Assembly (NCBI GenBank): GCA_038146805.1
Contig: JAYQSH010000005.1
Location: 397,636 to 461,635, forward strand
Length of the DNA stretch: 64,000 bases
Direction: 5' to 3'
From: a bacterium
GTDB taxonomy: Bacteria; Cyanobacteriota; Vampirovibrionia; LMEP-6097
The notes beneath the pieces are model-generated. The model did no database searches. It saw only the letters and a program-made list of their open reading frames with translations, and had not been told where the DNA came from. Shown here in pieces: positions 47,177 through 57,066 of this stretch (the first letter of the stretch is position 1; each line of letters starts with the position of its first letter). The position numbers and the translations under genes were made by a program.

Positions 47177-47261
47177 TGGTGGGCTTGTAGAGAGTCGAAC
47201 TCTAACGCCTTACGGCACATGATCCTAAGTCAAGCGCGTCTACCAATTCCGCCACAAGCCC
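47177..47261 (-). tRNA. tRNA-Leu (anticodon UAG), CCA encoded
   Basis: Reverse strand reads GGGCTTGTGGCGGAATTGGTAGACGC...CTTAGGA loop (anticodon TAG). Long variable arm. T-arm TAGAG-TTCGACT-CTCTA. Acceptor CAAGCCC-ACCA. One T:T mismatch in the anticodon stem. Confidence 0.88.
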
Positions 47262-47385
47262 AAAATGCATAAAACTAGAAATCATTAATAGTTTTACTTT
47301 TTAACAAAATAGCACAAAATTAGTTACTATTAAAATATCTATTGATTAATTAAGCATTTAGATTTAAAAAAAGCAAAGGCATCAA

Positions 47386-48033
47386 ATGTTAGAAGATCAG
47401 CTCAAAAAAATAGATATAAATACAGATTATGCTTTATCACAAAATAAAGTAAAACTTGTTGCTGTCTCAAAATATGCCAGTGATGAACAAGTTCAAGAAG
47501 CCTACGATCTTGGCATAAGAGATTTTGGTGAAAATTACATAATGCCTGCTCTCAAAAGACAAAAAACTTTGAATTTTAGAGATGAGGTTAGATGGCATTT
47601 ACTTGGACCCATACAAAAAAACAAAATCAATAAAGTAGTTGGGAACTTTGATTTAATCCATTCCGTACATACACAGGAGATTGCTTACTTAATAAATCAA
47701 AAGCAGAAGCACTTAACTTGGTACAAAATATTTTGCTTCAAGTAAATTTAACACAAGACAAATCAGGATTTTTAGAATCAGAAATTGAAGAGGTTTTTTT
47801 AGATTTAGTCAAATTAAAAATATAAAGATCCAAGGTTTAATGTTAATGAATTATCATGAAATTCTCAAAAAACAGAAACTAATTTTAATCGCATGCGTCT
47901 TTTGAAAGAGATGATGACAACTCATTGTCCAAATAGTGATTTTGAACTATCAATGGGAATGTCAAATGATTATCATCTTGCTGTCAAAAATGGCGCAACA
48001 ATAATTAGGATAGGCAGAAATCTGTTTTCTTAA
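47386..48033 (+). pseudogene. yggS: YggS/YlmE-family PLP-binding protein gene with several frameshifts
   Basis: The N-terminal 119 aa are intact (VAVSKY..., FGENY, WHLLGPIQKNK). Downstream conserved blocks (LLQVNLTQDKSGF; KIQGLMLM; [29 protein letters not shown]) lie in different frames. Confidence 0.7.
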
Positions 48034-48056
48034 AATGGGAGTACAATAAAAGTTCG

Positions 48057-48551
48057 ATGTTTAAATTAAAAAAATTGTGGATGGGTCCAGAAAATAAAGA
48101 TATCAAAGAAGGTTTTGATAATTTATTTGACATAGAGGATGATTATAAAATTCCAGCACCAACAGCGGAAGTAAAAACACGCTTAAATTCAATGACAGAC
48201 TCAGGTATACAAGAAAACAAAAAAGAAGGATTTGACGCAGCTATGGAATCAGTATTTGGAAGAAAGCAAGGAAATGAGAATTACGAAAGAGCAAATTTCA
48301 ATTCGTCACCTTTACAAGTTGTTCAACACGGAACCAATGGTGTAAACATTGTGGTTGTTGAACCTAGAAGTTTTGAAGATAGTTTAGAAATAGTAAATAA
48401 TTTAAAAGAAAGAAAATCAGTAATTGTAAACTTGCAATATTTAGATCAAGAAATGTCACAAAGAGTTATTGATTTTGTCAGTGGAGCAACTTTGGCTTTA
48501 GATGGTACTCAAGAAAGAGTAGGTCATGGAGTATTTATTTTGCTTCTATGA
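48057..48551 (+). CDS. sepF: cell-division protein SepF (3' end probably frameshifted)
   Basis: VVVVEPRSFEDSLEIVNNLKERKSVIVNLQYLD...RVIDFVSGATLALDG domain. The expected tail (..FIFASMNCTVQ..) continues in another frame to 48622. Confidence 0.78.
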   Translation: MFKLKKLWMGPENKDIKEGFDNLFDIEDDYKIPAPTAEVKTRLNSMTDSGIQENKKEGFDAAMESVFGRKQGNENYERANFNSSPLQVVQHGTNGVNIVVVEPRSFEDSLEIVNNLKERKSVIVNLQYLDQEMSQRVIDFVSGATLALDGTQERVGHGVFILLL

Positions 48552-48659
48552 ACTGCACTGTACAAACAGAAAATATTAGTCATAAATCTTATAAAGATTT
48601 ATTTGGCAAAGCTTTTAATTAAGTATAAAAATTTCCCATACCCCCAACTCCTGTTACAA

Positions 48660-48689
48660 AAACCCAAGGCTAATCGCTTTGGGTTTTTG
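48660..48689 (+). terminator. intrinsic terminator downstream of sepF
   Basis: AACCCAAGG...CTTTGGGTTTTT hairpin plus T-run. Confidence 0.65.
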
Positions 48690-48698
48690 TACTCAGTA

Positions 48699-48883
48699 AT
48701 TATTAGAACACTTCGGACCGTGTTCATTTTGTCTCATTATTAGGACACTTCGGACCGTGTTCATTTTGTCTCATTATTAGAACACTTCGGACCGTGTTCT
48801 TTTTGTCTCATTATTAGAACACTTCGGACCGTGTTCTTTTTGTCTCATTATTAGAACACTTCGGACCGTGTTGATTTTGTCTC
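48699..48883 (+). repeat. five tandem 37-bp terminator-like hairpin units
   Basis: Unit ATTATTAGAACACTTCGGACCGTGTTC(A/T)TTTTGTCTC. Unit boundaries at 48699, 48736, 48773, 48810 and 48847. No spacers. Confidence 0.92.
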
Positions 48884-49150
48884 ATGAATCAATAAATTAA
48901 CCTAGCTACTGTTAACAAATCCCAATAACTGCCCTACTCTACTGCCTCAAAGTCATGATTTACAAGCAGTAAACTGAAGCCTTTTTGGGGCGCTAGAAGT
49001 CCTTGTTCTCAAAATTTGTTAATGGGACTGATTCCAAACCCCATTTTGAATTTTAAAATACAGTGAAATGTTAAAATCACTAGCAAATGGGGTCAGAAAT
49101 CAGTCCCACAAACGACCTTACGCTTAGCTTGTTTCACTGCGTAAAACTCA

Positions 49151-49255
49151 CTAAGCGACGGTGTTTGATTCTTTTGTTAGGCGTGTCTAACCAAACCCTA
49201 CTTATGCCCAAATCTAAAGACTCGAGATACTTATTACGGGTTTGGAAGCACGCCC
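49151..49255 (+). repeat. MITE-like element, copy 5 (full, with 5' extension)
   Basis: Near-identical to 37157-37261. Accounts for ORF-track entry 49087..49269. Confidence 0.88.
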
Positions 49256-49465
49256 TTAATAGCAGCTAATAATGTTTTTTTTTAGTATCCACTGAAAAAT
49301 GCTAGTTCATCGATTTCTCAACCCTGATCCAAGAGTAGAACTTAGCTCAGGGACTGAATCCTTAATATTTTTGTTAAGCGGATAGCACCTCAAAACTGCG
49401 TTTTTCAGCGAATCCATAAAATTAAAAATGCTTTGAAGCAAGCTCTTGACCTTGAGGGCTAATTC

Positions 49466-50644
49466 TTAACTTGCAACAAACAAAGCCCCTCTTCTTGAAA
49501 CACGCCCTTGTAGTTCTAAGTCTGATAAATGATTCATCAAATCTAATTGAGAATTATATGATAAGTTACATAATAAAAGATCAAAATCATTAATACCAGA
49601 GTCTAAGAGCTCAATTAGAGGGTCGTCTAGTTTTGAATTTGGTTTTTGTTTTGTGTAAGATTTTGAATTTATTTTTGAGTTTGTGCTTAATTTTAGATTT
49701 GAAGCATTAAAATTCACTTGCCTAGTTTGCCTTGTTTTTGTTTGCGTATTGGTTTTCATTATTGCTCCTTTTGATTTTGTAATCGATTCTTTTAAATAAG
49801 GTTCTAAATCTAGATAACTAATAATTGCGCTTGCCTTAAATAGAGGCTTAGCAAAACCATTATGCAAAAGTTCTAGCCCACCAGCAAAACTTTTTTTATT
49901 GATATCACTAACTAAAACATAAAGGTCTTTTTCTAGATCTAAGCAATGTTTAGCAGTAATTAAAGCCCCACTATCTTGCGGTGCTTCAAGCACAACACAA
50001 GTATTAGCAAGCGCTGATATTAAACGATTGCGCTGAGCAAAACTATAATGAGTCGCATTTTGCATAGGGTGATATTCAGAAATCACTAAGCCCTTTGCTT
50101 GCAAGTCTTTAAAAACTTGATTTTGTTTGCCGTAATATTTAAAGCTTAAATGCCCTGATGCAATAACAGCAATACTAGCAATATCATGTTTTAAAGCAGT
50201 ACAATGTGCCGTCAAATCTATGCCGCGAGCTAAACCACTAACAACAGTAACAGCATAATCTTGCAAAACTTCTACCATAACAGCACAACTATGCTCAGCA
50301 TAAAAAGAAGAATTTCGTGTACCCACAACAGCCAAATTAAAATTAGAACTAACTAAATCATAATTACCGACATAATATACTAAGGCTGGCGGATTTGATA
50401 AATGATAAAAAACAGAAGGATAATTATCATCGGCAAAACAAGAATAATAAATACTGTGCTTTGCAGCAAAAGTTTCAAGCTCTGTTTTACTAAGTTCAAT
50501 ATCAGCTTTACTAATATTGAACTCGAGGAGCAAATTATCTAAATTATTTAAAGACTTAATTAGCTTTTGATCAGTGCATAAATTATGCTTCTTGATATGA
50601 TTAAAGACATAAGCTTTGTAAGCATTTTGTTCAAAGTTTTGCAT
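49466..50644 (-). CDS. dprA: DNA-processing protein DprA
   Basis: Rossmann-like DprA core (AVVGTRNSS.Y, VVSGLARGIDLTAH) and a C-terminal winged-helix-like tail. Confidence 0.82.
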   Translation of the reverse strand: MQNFEQNAYKAYVFNHIKKHNLCTDQKLIKSLNNLDNLLLEFNISKADIELSKTELETFAAKHSIYYSCFADDNYPSVFYHLSNPPALVYYVGNYDLVSSNFNLAVVGTRNSSFYAEHSCAVMVEVLQDYAVTVVSGLARGIDLTAHCTALKHDIASIAVIASGHLSFKYYGKQNQVFKDLQAKGLVISEYHPMQNATHYSFAQRNRLISALANTCVVLEAPQDSGALITAKHCLDLEKDLYVLVSDINKKSFAGGLELLHNGFAKPLFKASAIISYLDLEPYLKESITKSKGAIMKTNTQTKTRQTRQVNFNASNLKLSTNSKINSKSYTKQKPNSKLDDPLIELLDSGINDFDLLLCNLSYNSQLDLMNHLSDLELQGRVSRRGALFVAS

Positions 50645-50696
50645 AAAGTTATTATACCTTACTTTTGTAAGAGGGTGGGTTAATTTTATTTTATTT

Positions 50697-53600
50697 ATGG
50701 CAATTAAAGAAAAAAATCAAATCTCACAATCTGTGCGCGCTCTATATAGAATCATTGGCAGAATTATAGGCAGGCAAATTTTTGATCGTATTAGTAACGA
50801 TAAACATATCAGTGAAAATGCCGAAATCAGAAGAAGCATCGCACAAGAATTTATAAGTGCCATCACTGAACTCAGACACGAATTAAGACAAGAGCGCGAT
50901 TTCAAAAATATCGAAAAAATTATCAATAAATTTTTTGCAAAAGAAAACAAAGATATTTCTATCAAACAACTGGCATGGATCTTAGAAGCATACTTACTGC
51001 TAAATCAATCCAGCACAGCAAGCGCGCAAGTAACCAAAGCAACTGCAAAAATGCCAGATAGCTTACAGATGGGGCAATTGATCGATAGTATAAGAACAAA
51101 AATTTTACAAGAAAAAAAATTAGCAGAAGTTTTCACCAAGGATTTTTCTTTGAATTTGGTTTTAACAGCACATCCAACGGCTGGTATTCAACCCGACTAT
51201 ATTCATCATATTAAAAATCTAGTAAACGCCATTCAAAAAATTGCTTTTCAAGTTGACCCAAAAGACTGGGAAAAAATTGCAAAAGACCACTCAAACGCAA
51301 GCCTAGAATCAAACATTAGTGAAATTATTGAAGAAATCAACCTCTCTGTAAGTCATATGGTGAGAGCACAACCTTACAACAAAGAAAAACTCACACCAAG
51401 CGATGAGTCAAGAAATTTTTTAAACAATATTGCAGAAGCATGGTCGGTAATACCAAACAAAATTACTAGCCTCGAAAAAGAACTACGAAAATACTTAGGT
51501 AAAGAATTTAGAATACATCCAAGATTTTTTAGAATTCATTCTTGGGTAGCAAGAGACATCGACGGCAATCCAACCGTCAGCATTGATGAACATTTGCACT
51601 CAATGTACAACGAAAAACTTTTCTTTTTGAATCAATACAGAGCTGACCTTGAACAACTTTGGCAAAATTTAAGTGATGACTTTACTGATCACCAGCAATT
51701 ACCAAGCAAAACTTTTTTTGTTGATGAAAATTTCAAACAACATTATTTGAAAACCTTAGATGAAATAAAAGATGATATTAATTACCACAACCAAGCATAT
51801 AGAGTAGTGATTTTTAAAATCATTCAAGATCTTGATGATATTTTAAATCAACTATTTTTCATTGGTGAAATTAATTTAGAAACTATTGCAGCATTACCAC
51901 AATACAACCTTGAAGAACTTATCATCAAACCACTTGAACTAATTCGTGCCAACAAAGAAGCAGTTTTGATTCAAGAAATTGATGATCTAATTCGCAAAGT
52001 ACAAATCTTTGGTTCATTTGGTTCACATGGGCATACCCGTCAAGGTGCAGAAATCTTACGCACCATGACCAAGTACCTTACTTCTTATTGGGACAATGAT
52101 ACAGAAGGAAAAACTAAATTTCTTTTAGATTCCAATACTGAAAACTTTAGCTACCCAGTCTTAAAAACTAAAATTGAAGTGCAATATCAAAAAGACTCTG
52201 AAAAAAACCAGAAAAAATTAATGCAAACTTTGGATTTACTAATGCTAAGTCAATTTGGCTCTATTCAAAGACAGATCATTAGTATGAATGAAAACTTTGA
52301 AGATATGCTTAATGCTCTATGTCTTGCCAAAACTTTTAACGCTTTTCAGCCAAGTAACGGCACAAACTTACCAAGTTCACGCCTAGAAATTGTGCCACTC
52401 ACTGAGCAAATTTTAGATCTTCGTAATTCATATAAAGTAACAATAGATGCTTTAACCAATAGAGCTTGGCATCAATATTTAATTGCTAATAAAGGTCGTT
52501 TTTATAAAATGCGTGGACCTTCAGATAGCGGTAAACAAAACGGTTTTGTCGCTTCGCAATGGGAAATGTTTAGATCAAAACAATTCGACACTATTGTTAT
52601 AGAAATCTTTAATGCATTTCTTCTAAGTAAACTTGAAAAAGACAATAGCAAATTAGATATTTGGCGCAAAACTAATGTTGACCAAGATTGTTCAGAGACA
52701 AAAGTGATACAAGAAAGCTTTAATGCTTTTGAAAGTTTTTTTGCTGGAGCAGATTTTGATGAAGCATTATGGCAAAAAGCACATCAAGAACTAGACTTGA
52801 AAAAAATTCGCTTAATAAATTTTGATGGTTGGGGTGAACCTGTTGAGCGCGGGGGCGGACTTGAGTTTGAAGATACCGTTAAGCATACTCAGCCACTTGG
52901 TTCATTACCTTATTACGAACGTACTTTACAAGGTGGTGGCGCTCAACAACTCAATTCAAATCTGAGAACAAAACAAGCCGTGCAAGATTTTATCAATGGA
53001 GTTACTGAAATTGCTGTAAGAAGATACACTCTAAACAAAAGTTATAACAGCGAAGCTTTTGTTTTAAACAAAAATTTTGTTTACACAATGGAAAAATTAG
53101 TTGCAATTTTAAGAGGATCTCTAAGAGGAGAAGTTTTTGGTTTAGATTTAGAAGACGATAAAAAAATAAGCAACGAAAACGCATTAAGAAATTATTTTAG
53201 ACATGTCATCAAATCTCCTTTGGTATTTTTAGATTTGTTCAATATCGCAAGTAGACCAACTTCACGTTCAGGTTCACAAATAAAAGAATTTTTAAATGAA
53301 GATCAATATGCCAACAATATTGATGCCATGATTGATAACTTAAAAAGCGAAGATATCATTGCCATATTAAGCGACGTTCGGGCTATTCCTTATGCTGCAA
53401 TGTTTTCATTATTAGGCGGTAACCATGTTTCATTCTATGGTTTTAACAAAATTCTAGAAGACAAAGAAAAATATAGTTTTGTAAAAGGCGAAAGCAAAAA
53501 AACCTGCTTGGAATGGATTAAACATTTTTACCATAATGATTTTGAAACACAAGAAACTCTATTAATAAAACATATTATGGATTCACTTGAAAAAGGTATC

Positions 53601-54017
53601 TTTACTTGTGATCAAGCTTGTTACAGAAAGGCACATGAAATCATTGAACTTGCCACCAATAATGATTACCGATCAGGAAACGACAAATTGATTTTAAGTT
53701 TTTTACAAGCAGAACAAGACACGATAAATTTTGTGGCTAAGGTAAAAAATTACAACACTAAAAACCCACAAAAAGTGAAGCTAAGCGAACTAATGCCTAA
53801 TGAAATTGCACAAAGAGATTTGTTATTGGCACGCAGAGATGATGCGGCAATTCCGAGAATTGGACTTGCAAAAGCAATAGCAGAAATTTTTATTTATACT
53901 AAAGAACAGAACTTAAATCCTTTAGACGAAAAAAATATTCCGATAAATTTATTGGACTTATTGAGAAAGGCTTTTGCGGCTGGGGCCTCAACATTTGGCA
54001 ATGGGTGTATTGACTAA
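50697..54017 (+). CDS. phosphoenolpyruvate carboxylase-like protein, highly divergent
   Basis: 1106 aa. LVLTAHPT motif (PEPC VxTAHPT). MRGPSDSGKQNG corresponds to the MxGYSDSxKDxG motif. FDGWGEPVERGGG occupies the place of FHGRGGxxGRGG. No canonical C-terminal ..NTG. Confidence 0.6.
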   Translation: MAIKEKNQISQSVRALYRIIGRIIGRQIFDRISNDKHISENAEIRRSIAQEFISAITELRHELRQERDFKNIEKIINKFFAKENKDISIKQLAWILEAYLLLNQSSTASAQVTKATAKMPDSLQMGQLIDSIRTKILQEKKLAEVFTKDFSLNLVLTAHPTAGIQPDYIHHIKNLVNAIQKIAFQVDPKDWEKIAKDHSNASLESNISEIIEEINLSVSHMVRAQPYNKEKLTPSDESRNFLNNIAEAWSVIPNKITSLEKELRKYLGKEFRIHPRFFRIHSWVARDIDGNPTVSIDEHLHSMYNEKLFFLNQYRADLEQLWQNLSDDFTDHQQLPSKTFFVDENFKQHYLKTLDEIKDDINYHNQAYRVVIFKIIQDLDDILNQLFFIGEINLETIAALPQYNLEELIIKPLELIRANKEAVLIQEIDDLIRKVQIFGSFGSHGHTRQGAEILRTMTKYLTSYWDNDTEGKTKFLLDSNTENFSYPVLKTKIEVQYQKDSEKNQKKLMQTLDLLMLSQFGSIQRQIISMNENFEDMLNALCLAKTFNAFQPSNGTNLPSSRLEIVPLTEQILDLRNSYKVTIDALTNRAWHQYLIANKGRFYKMRGPSDSGKQNGFVASQWEMFRSKQFDTIVIEIFNAFLLSKLEKDNSKLDIWRKTNVDQDCSETKVIQESFNAFESFFAGADFDEALWQKAHQELDLKKIRLINFDGWGEPVERGGGLEFEDTVKHTQPLGSLPYYERTLQGGGAQQLNSNLRTKQAVQDFINGVTEIAVRRYTLNKSYNSEAFVLNKNFVYTMEKLVAILRGSLRGEVFGLDLEDDKKISNENALRNYFRHVIKSPLVFLDLFNIASRPTSRSGSQIKEFLNEDQYANNIDAMIDNLKSEDIIAILSDVRAIPYAAMFSLLGGNHVSFYGFNKILEDKEKYSFVKGESKKTCLEWIKHFYHNDFETQETLLIKHIMDSLEKGIFTCDQACYRKAHEIIELATNNDYRSGNDKLILSFLQAEQDTINFVAKVKNYNTKNPQKVKLSELMPNEIAQRDLLLARRDDAAIPRIGLAKAIAEIFIYTKEQNLNPLDEKNIPINLLDLLRKAFAAGASTFGNGCID

Positions 54018-54202
54018 TCTTTGTGCCAGGCACCAAAACCACTGTTTTTGCTCTTATCTAACACCCTCTAGGCAAAGCCCTTATTTCATTATCTAAGATA
54101 GCAAAATCTCTTATAATAACTAGCTTTTTTATCAGAAAATTCAAGTTTGAGATATCAAAAAAATGGGCATAATATCTTTATATAGACAATAAGGGGAATA
54201 CA

Positions 54203-54412
54203 ATGCTGTACAATCCAATTTTCGAAGAAGAAAATTTAAGAGAACAAGAATTATTAGACTTAAAAAAAGCTATCAAAACAAGAGCTTCAAAAGAACAAGT
54301 TAAAGAGGTTTACCAAAAAACCCAAAGATTCATCAAAAGTCACCCAATTTTTACAACACTTGCTTTAGGCCTTTTTGGTCTGAGTTTCAAAAAAAGAAAC
54401 TTTTTAAAGTAA
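54203..54412 (+). CDS. small tail-anchored membrane protein (hypothetical)
   Basis: 69-aa ORF with AAGGGG 7-8 nt upstream of the ATG and a C-terminal hydrophobic segment (IFTTLALGLFGLSF). Confidence 0.45.
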   Translation: MLYNPIFEEENLREQELLDLKKAIKTRASKEQVKEVYQKTQRFIKSHPIFTTLALGLFGLSFKKRNFLK

Positions 54413-54483
54413 TTAGATGGAAAAAACAATTCGCTTAATTTTCGATACTTTATCGATAGTACTGCTTGTTATTATAGTGCTTA

Positions 54484-55362
54484 ATGTACTGTGAATTTTT
54501 AGAAAAAAAATTTAATGTCAACACAGACAAAAATAAAAATTGTCTGTGTTTTGGCATCTTAAATTTAACCCCCGATTCTTTTTCTGATGGTAATAATAAT
54601 TTTGATCAACTAGAATACCAAAAAGCTAAAATAGCAGAATTAATAAACTTAAGCGTTGACGTTATTGATCTTGGTGCGGAATCAACCCGCCCCTATGCAA
54701 ATGCTGTCAATGACTCAGAAGAAATAAAACGCTTAGATTTTTTCTTAGAGCATTATAATGCTAAATTACCTTTAAGCTTAGACACTAGAAAAACAAAAGT
54801 TTTAGAAAACCTGTTTTTTACAAACACACTAAAAACAAAAAATAATCAGATTTTCAAATATATCAACGATGTCAGCGGTATGCAAAACCAAGAGTTTGTA
54901 GAACTTTGTAGCCAATTAAATCCAGAAATTCAATTTATTGCAATGCACTCTAAAGGCGATATTCCACCAAAATTTTCAAGTAAAGATTTACCCAATAATT
55001 TTTATGAAGAAGATCAAGGTTTAGAAAAACATTTCTTGAAGTTTTTTGAAAAGACAATTTCCATTTGTGAAGAATTTAACATTAGCAAAGATAGATTAAT
55101 TTTAGATCCGGGCTTTGGCTTTGCTAAAAATTTTCAACAAAGTTTTGAGCTCATTAACTTGATACCAAAAATAAAAAAAGAATTTAAAACCAAGATTTTT
55201 ATTGGTAGCTCGCGCAAAGGCTTTTTGAGACTTTGGCAAGAACAAATTACAAAACTAAACATCGATGCAAATGCTTTAAGCAACAAAGAATTAGACCAAT
55301 TAACAATAGCTTTTAATGAACTGCTTACAGATATTGATTATTTTCGTATGCACGGCTTATAA
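54484..55362 (+). CDS. folP: dihydropteroate synthase
   Basis: GILNLTPDSFSDG, DLGAESTRP and ILDPGFGF motifs. Confidence 0.85.
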   Translation: MYCEFLEKKFNVNTDKNKNCLCFGILNLTPDSFSDGNNNFDQLEYQKAKIAELINLSVDVIDLGAESTRPYANAVNDSEEIKRLDFFLEHYNAKLPLSLDTRKTKVLENLFFTNTLKTKNNQIFKYINDVSGMQNQEFVELCSQLNPEIQFIAMHSKGDIPPKFSSKDLPNNFYEEDQGLEKHFLKFFEKTISICEEFNISKDRLILDPGFGFAKNFQQSFELINLIPKIKKEFKTKIFIGSSRKGFLRLWQEQITKLNIDANALSNKELDQLTIAFNELLTDIDYFRMHGL

Positions 55363-55432
55363 AAAGCATTATTTTTATTAAACGAATCCCAAGCAAGCAT
55401 TCACTGACAGCAAAAAAAGGTTAAAATATCTA

Positions 55433-56482
55433 TTGATGTCAATAACACTCGAAGCAAGTAAAGAAGACTTAAGCAAACTACAAAGCCAAGCAAATGCTGA
55501 GTTTGCTAAAGTGCAAAATTCTAAAGAACTAAACGAGTTACGTGTTAAATATTTGGGCGATAAAAGTGTCATTGTTAATATGCGCCGCAATATGAAAGAT
55601 ATAAAAAAAGAAGATAAACCAGAATTTGGAAAGTTAATCAACAAAGTTTTAAATGCAATAAATAGCGCTTTTAAAAACGCTCAAGACAGTATCGCGGCTC
55701 AAGAACTTGCAGAAAAATTAGCAAAAGAAAAAATTGATCCAAGTCTTCCGGGTTTAGAAAACAACTTAGGTCACATTCATCCACTAACTCAAGTGACAAA
55801 TGATATAGTTGCAATTTTTGAAAGAATGGGTTTTGCACTTGTTGATGGACCAGAAATTGAAAGTAGTTATTATAATTTCACAGCTTTAAACACTCCTCCA
55901 GAACACCCTGCTCGAGATGAACAAGATACTTTTTATACTAAACTTGGACCAGAGGTTTTATTAAGATCGCACACTTCTTCAATGCAAATTAGAGCAATGG
56001 AAGAACTCAAACCACCTTTTAGAATTATTGGGCATGGAAGAGTTTATAGAAACGAAGAAGTAAACGCACGCAAGATGCCCTTTTTTCATCAACTAGAATT
56101 AATGATGATTGATGAAAATATAAACTTTGGTCATATGAAGTGGGTTTTACAAGAATTTTTAACTGCTTTTTTTGGCAAATCAATAAAAACTCGTTTTCGT
56201 CCAGATTTTTTTCCATTTACAGAACCTTCTGCAGAACTTGATGCTGAGTGTGTTTTTTGTAATGCTAAAGGTTGCAGTACCTGTGGTCAAAGAGGTTGGT
56301 TAGAGCTTTTTGGTTGCGGCATGGTAGATCCAAATGTATTAGAAATGGCAGGTATTGATTCTAAAAAATATTCTGGTTTTGCCGCAGGAATGGGCTTGGA
56401 TAGATTTACTATGCTGAAATATAAAATCAATGATATTCGCTATATGTTTAATGGTGATCAAAGATTTATCGAACAGTTTTAG
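55433..56482 (+). CDS. pheS: phenylalanine-tRNA ligase alpha subunit
   Basis: HPL...RMGF, PPEHPARD, FRPDFFPFTEPSAE and GFAAGMGLDR class II motifs. No pheT downstream. Confidence 0.9.
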   Translation: MMSITLEASKEDLSKLQSQANAEFAKVQNSKELNELRVKYLGDKSVIVNMRRNMKDIKKEDKPEFGKLINKVLNAINSAFKNAQDSIAAQELAEKLAKEKIDPSLPGLENNLGHIHPLTQVTNDIVAIFERMGFALVDGPEIESSYYNFTALNTPPEHPARDEQDTFYTKLGPEVLLRSHTSSMQIRAMEELKPPFRIIGHGRVYRNEEVNARKMPFFHQLELMMIDENINFGHMKWVLQEFLTAFFGKSIKTRFRPDFFPFTEPSAELDAECVFCNAKGCSTCGQRGWLELFGCGMVDPNVLEMAGIDSKKYSGFAAGMGLDRFTMLKYKINDIRYMFNGDQRFIEQF

Positions 56483-57066
56483 GCAGTGTGTAGTAGAGCT
56501 CTAAATTTATCTAACTCAGCTCTTAACTTATCTTCTGTAAATTGTATTTTTTTCGTAGAAGTAGTATCATGTCCGAAGTTACTCATCTGATTGCTATCCT
56601 CAGGTATTCCTGATTTTTGCTTTTCTACTACCTGATCTTTTTCAAAGCCACCTGAAAAACCAATTACAAAAATATCACCAAGGTAATCAACAAACTCTTT
56701 TAATACTTTTAAGCTACCTTCTATATTTTGGTAGTCTTGCCACTGCTTTTTTAAGGCATCCATCGTGTCTCTATCTCTAATTTGATATTTCTCTCTACCT
56801 TTTTCGTAAGGATAAGGTTCCTGCACATCTGTCATCTGATGATCAGTAATAACAAAAGTAGGTTTTTGAGCCATATCGACCCCCGCTTGTCTTTGTAATT
56901 CAAGCCATCTTTTTAAATAAACTGGATGCTCAAACATTTCAAGCTCGGCTTCAGGTGCAATTTTAGAAATAAGCTTTTGCATATCGTCTCTTTTGCCCCA
57001 AGTATCATCAATAACAAAAAAGCGGATATCTTTATTTTCTAAAGTCATATATAAATAGTCTAGCAT
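56479..57066 (-). CDS. hypothetical protein with degenerate receiver-like pattern
   Basis: 195-aa ORF. IRFFVIDD ... TFVITDHQM ... IFVIGFSGG is loosely reminiscent of a CheY-like fold. Weak. Confidence 0.4.
   Translation of the reverse strand: MLDYLYMTLENKDIRFFVIDDTWGKRDDMQKLISKIAPEAELEMFEHPVYLKRWLELQRQAGVDMAQKPTFVITDHQMTDVQEPYPYEKGREKYQIRDRDTMDALKKQWQDYQNIEGSLKVLKEFVDYLGDIFVIGFSGGFEKDQVVEKQKSGIPEDSNQMSNFGHDTTSTKKIQFTEDKLRAELDKFRALLHTA

Noticed and set aside
48699-48883. Possible CRISPR array (regular 37-bp periodicity)
   Set aside because: The units abut directly with no unique spacers. No cas genes are nearby. Each unit looks like a terminator hairpin.
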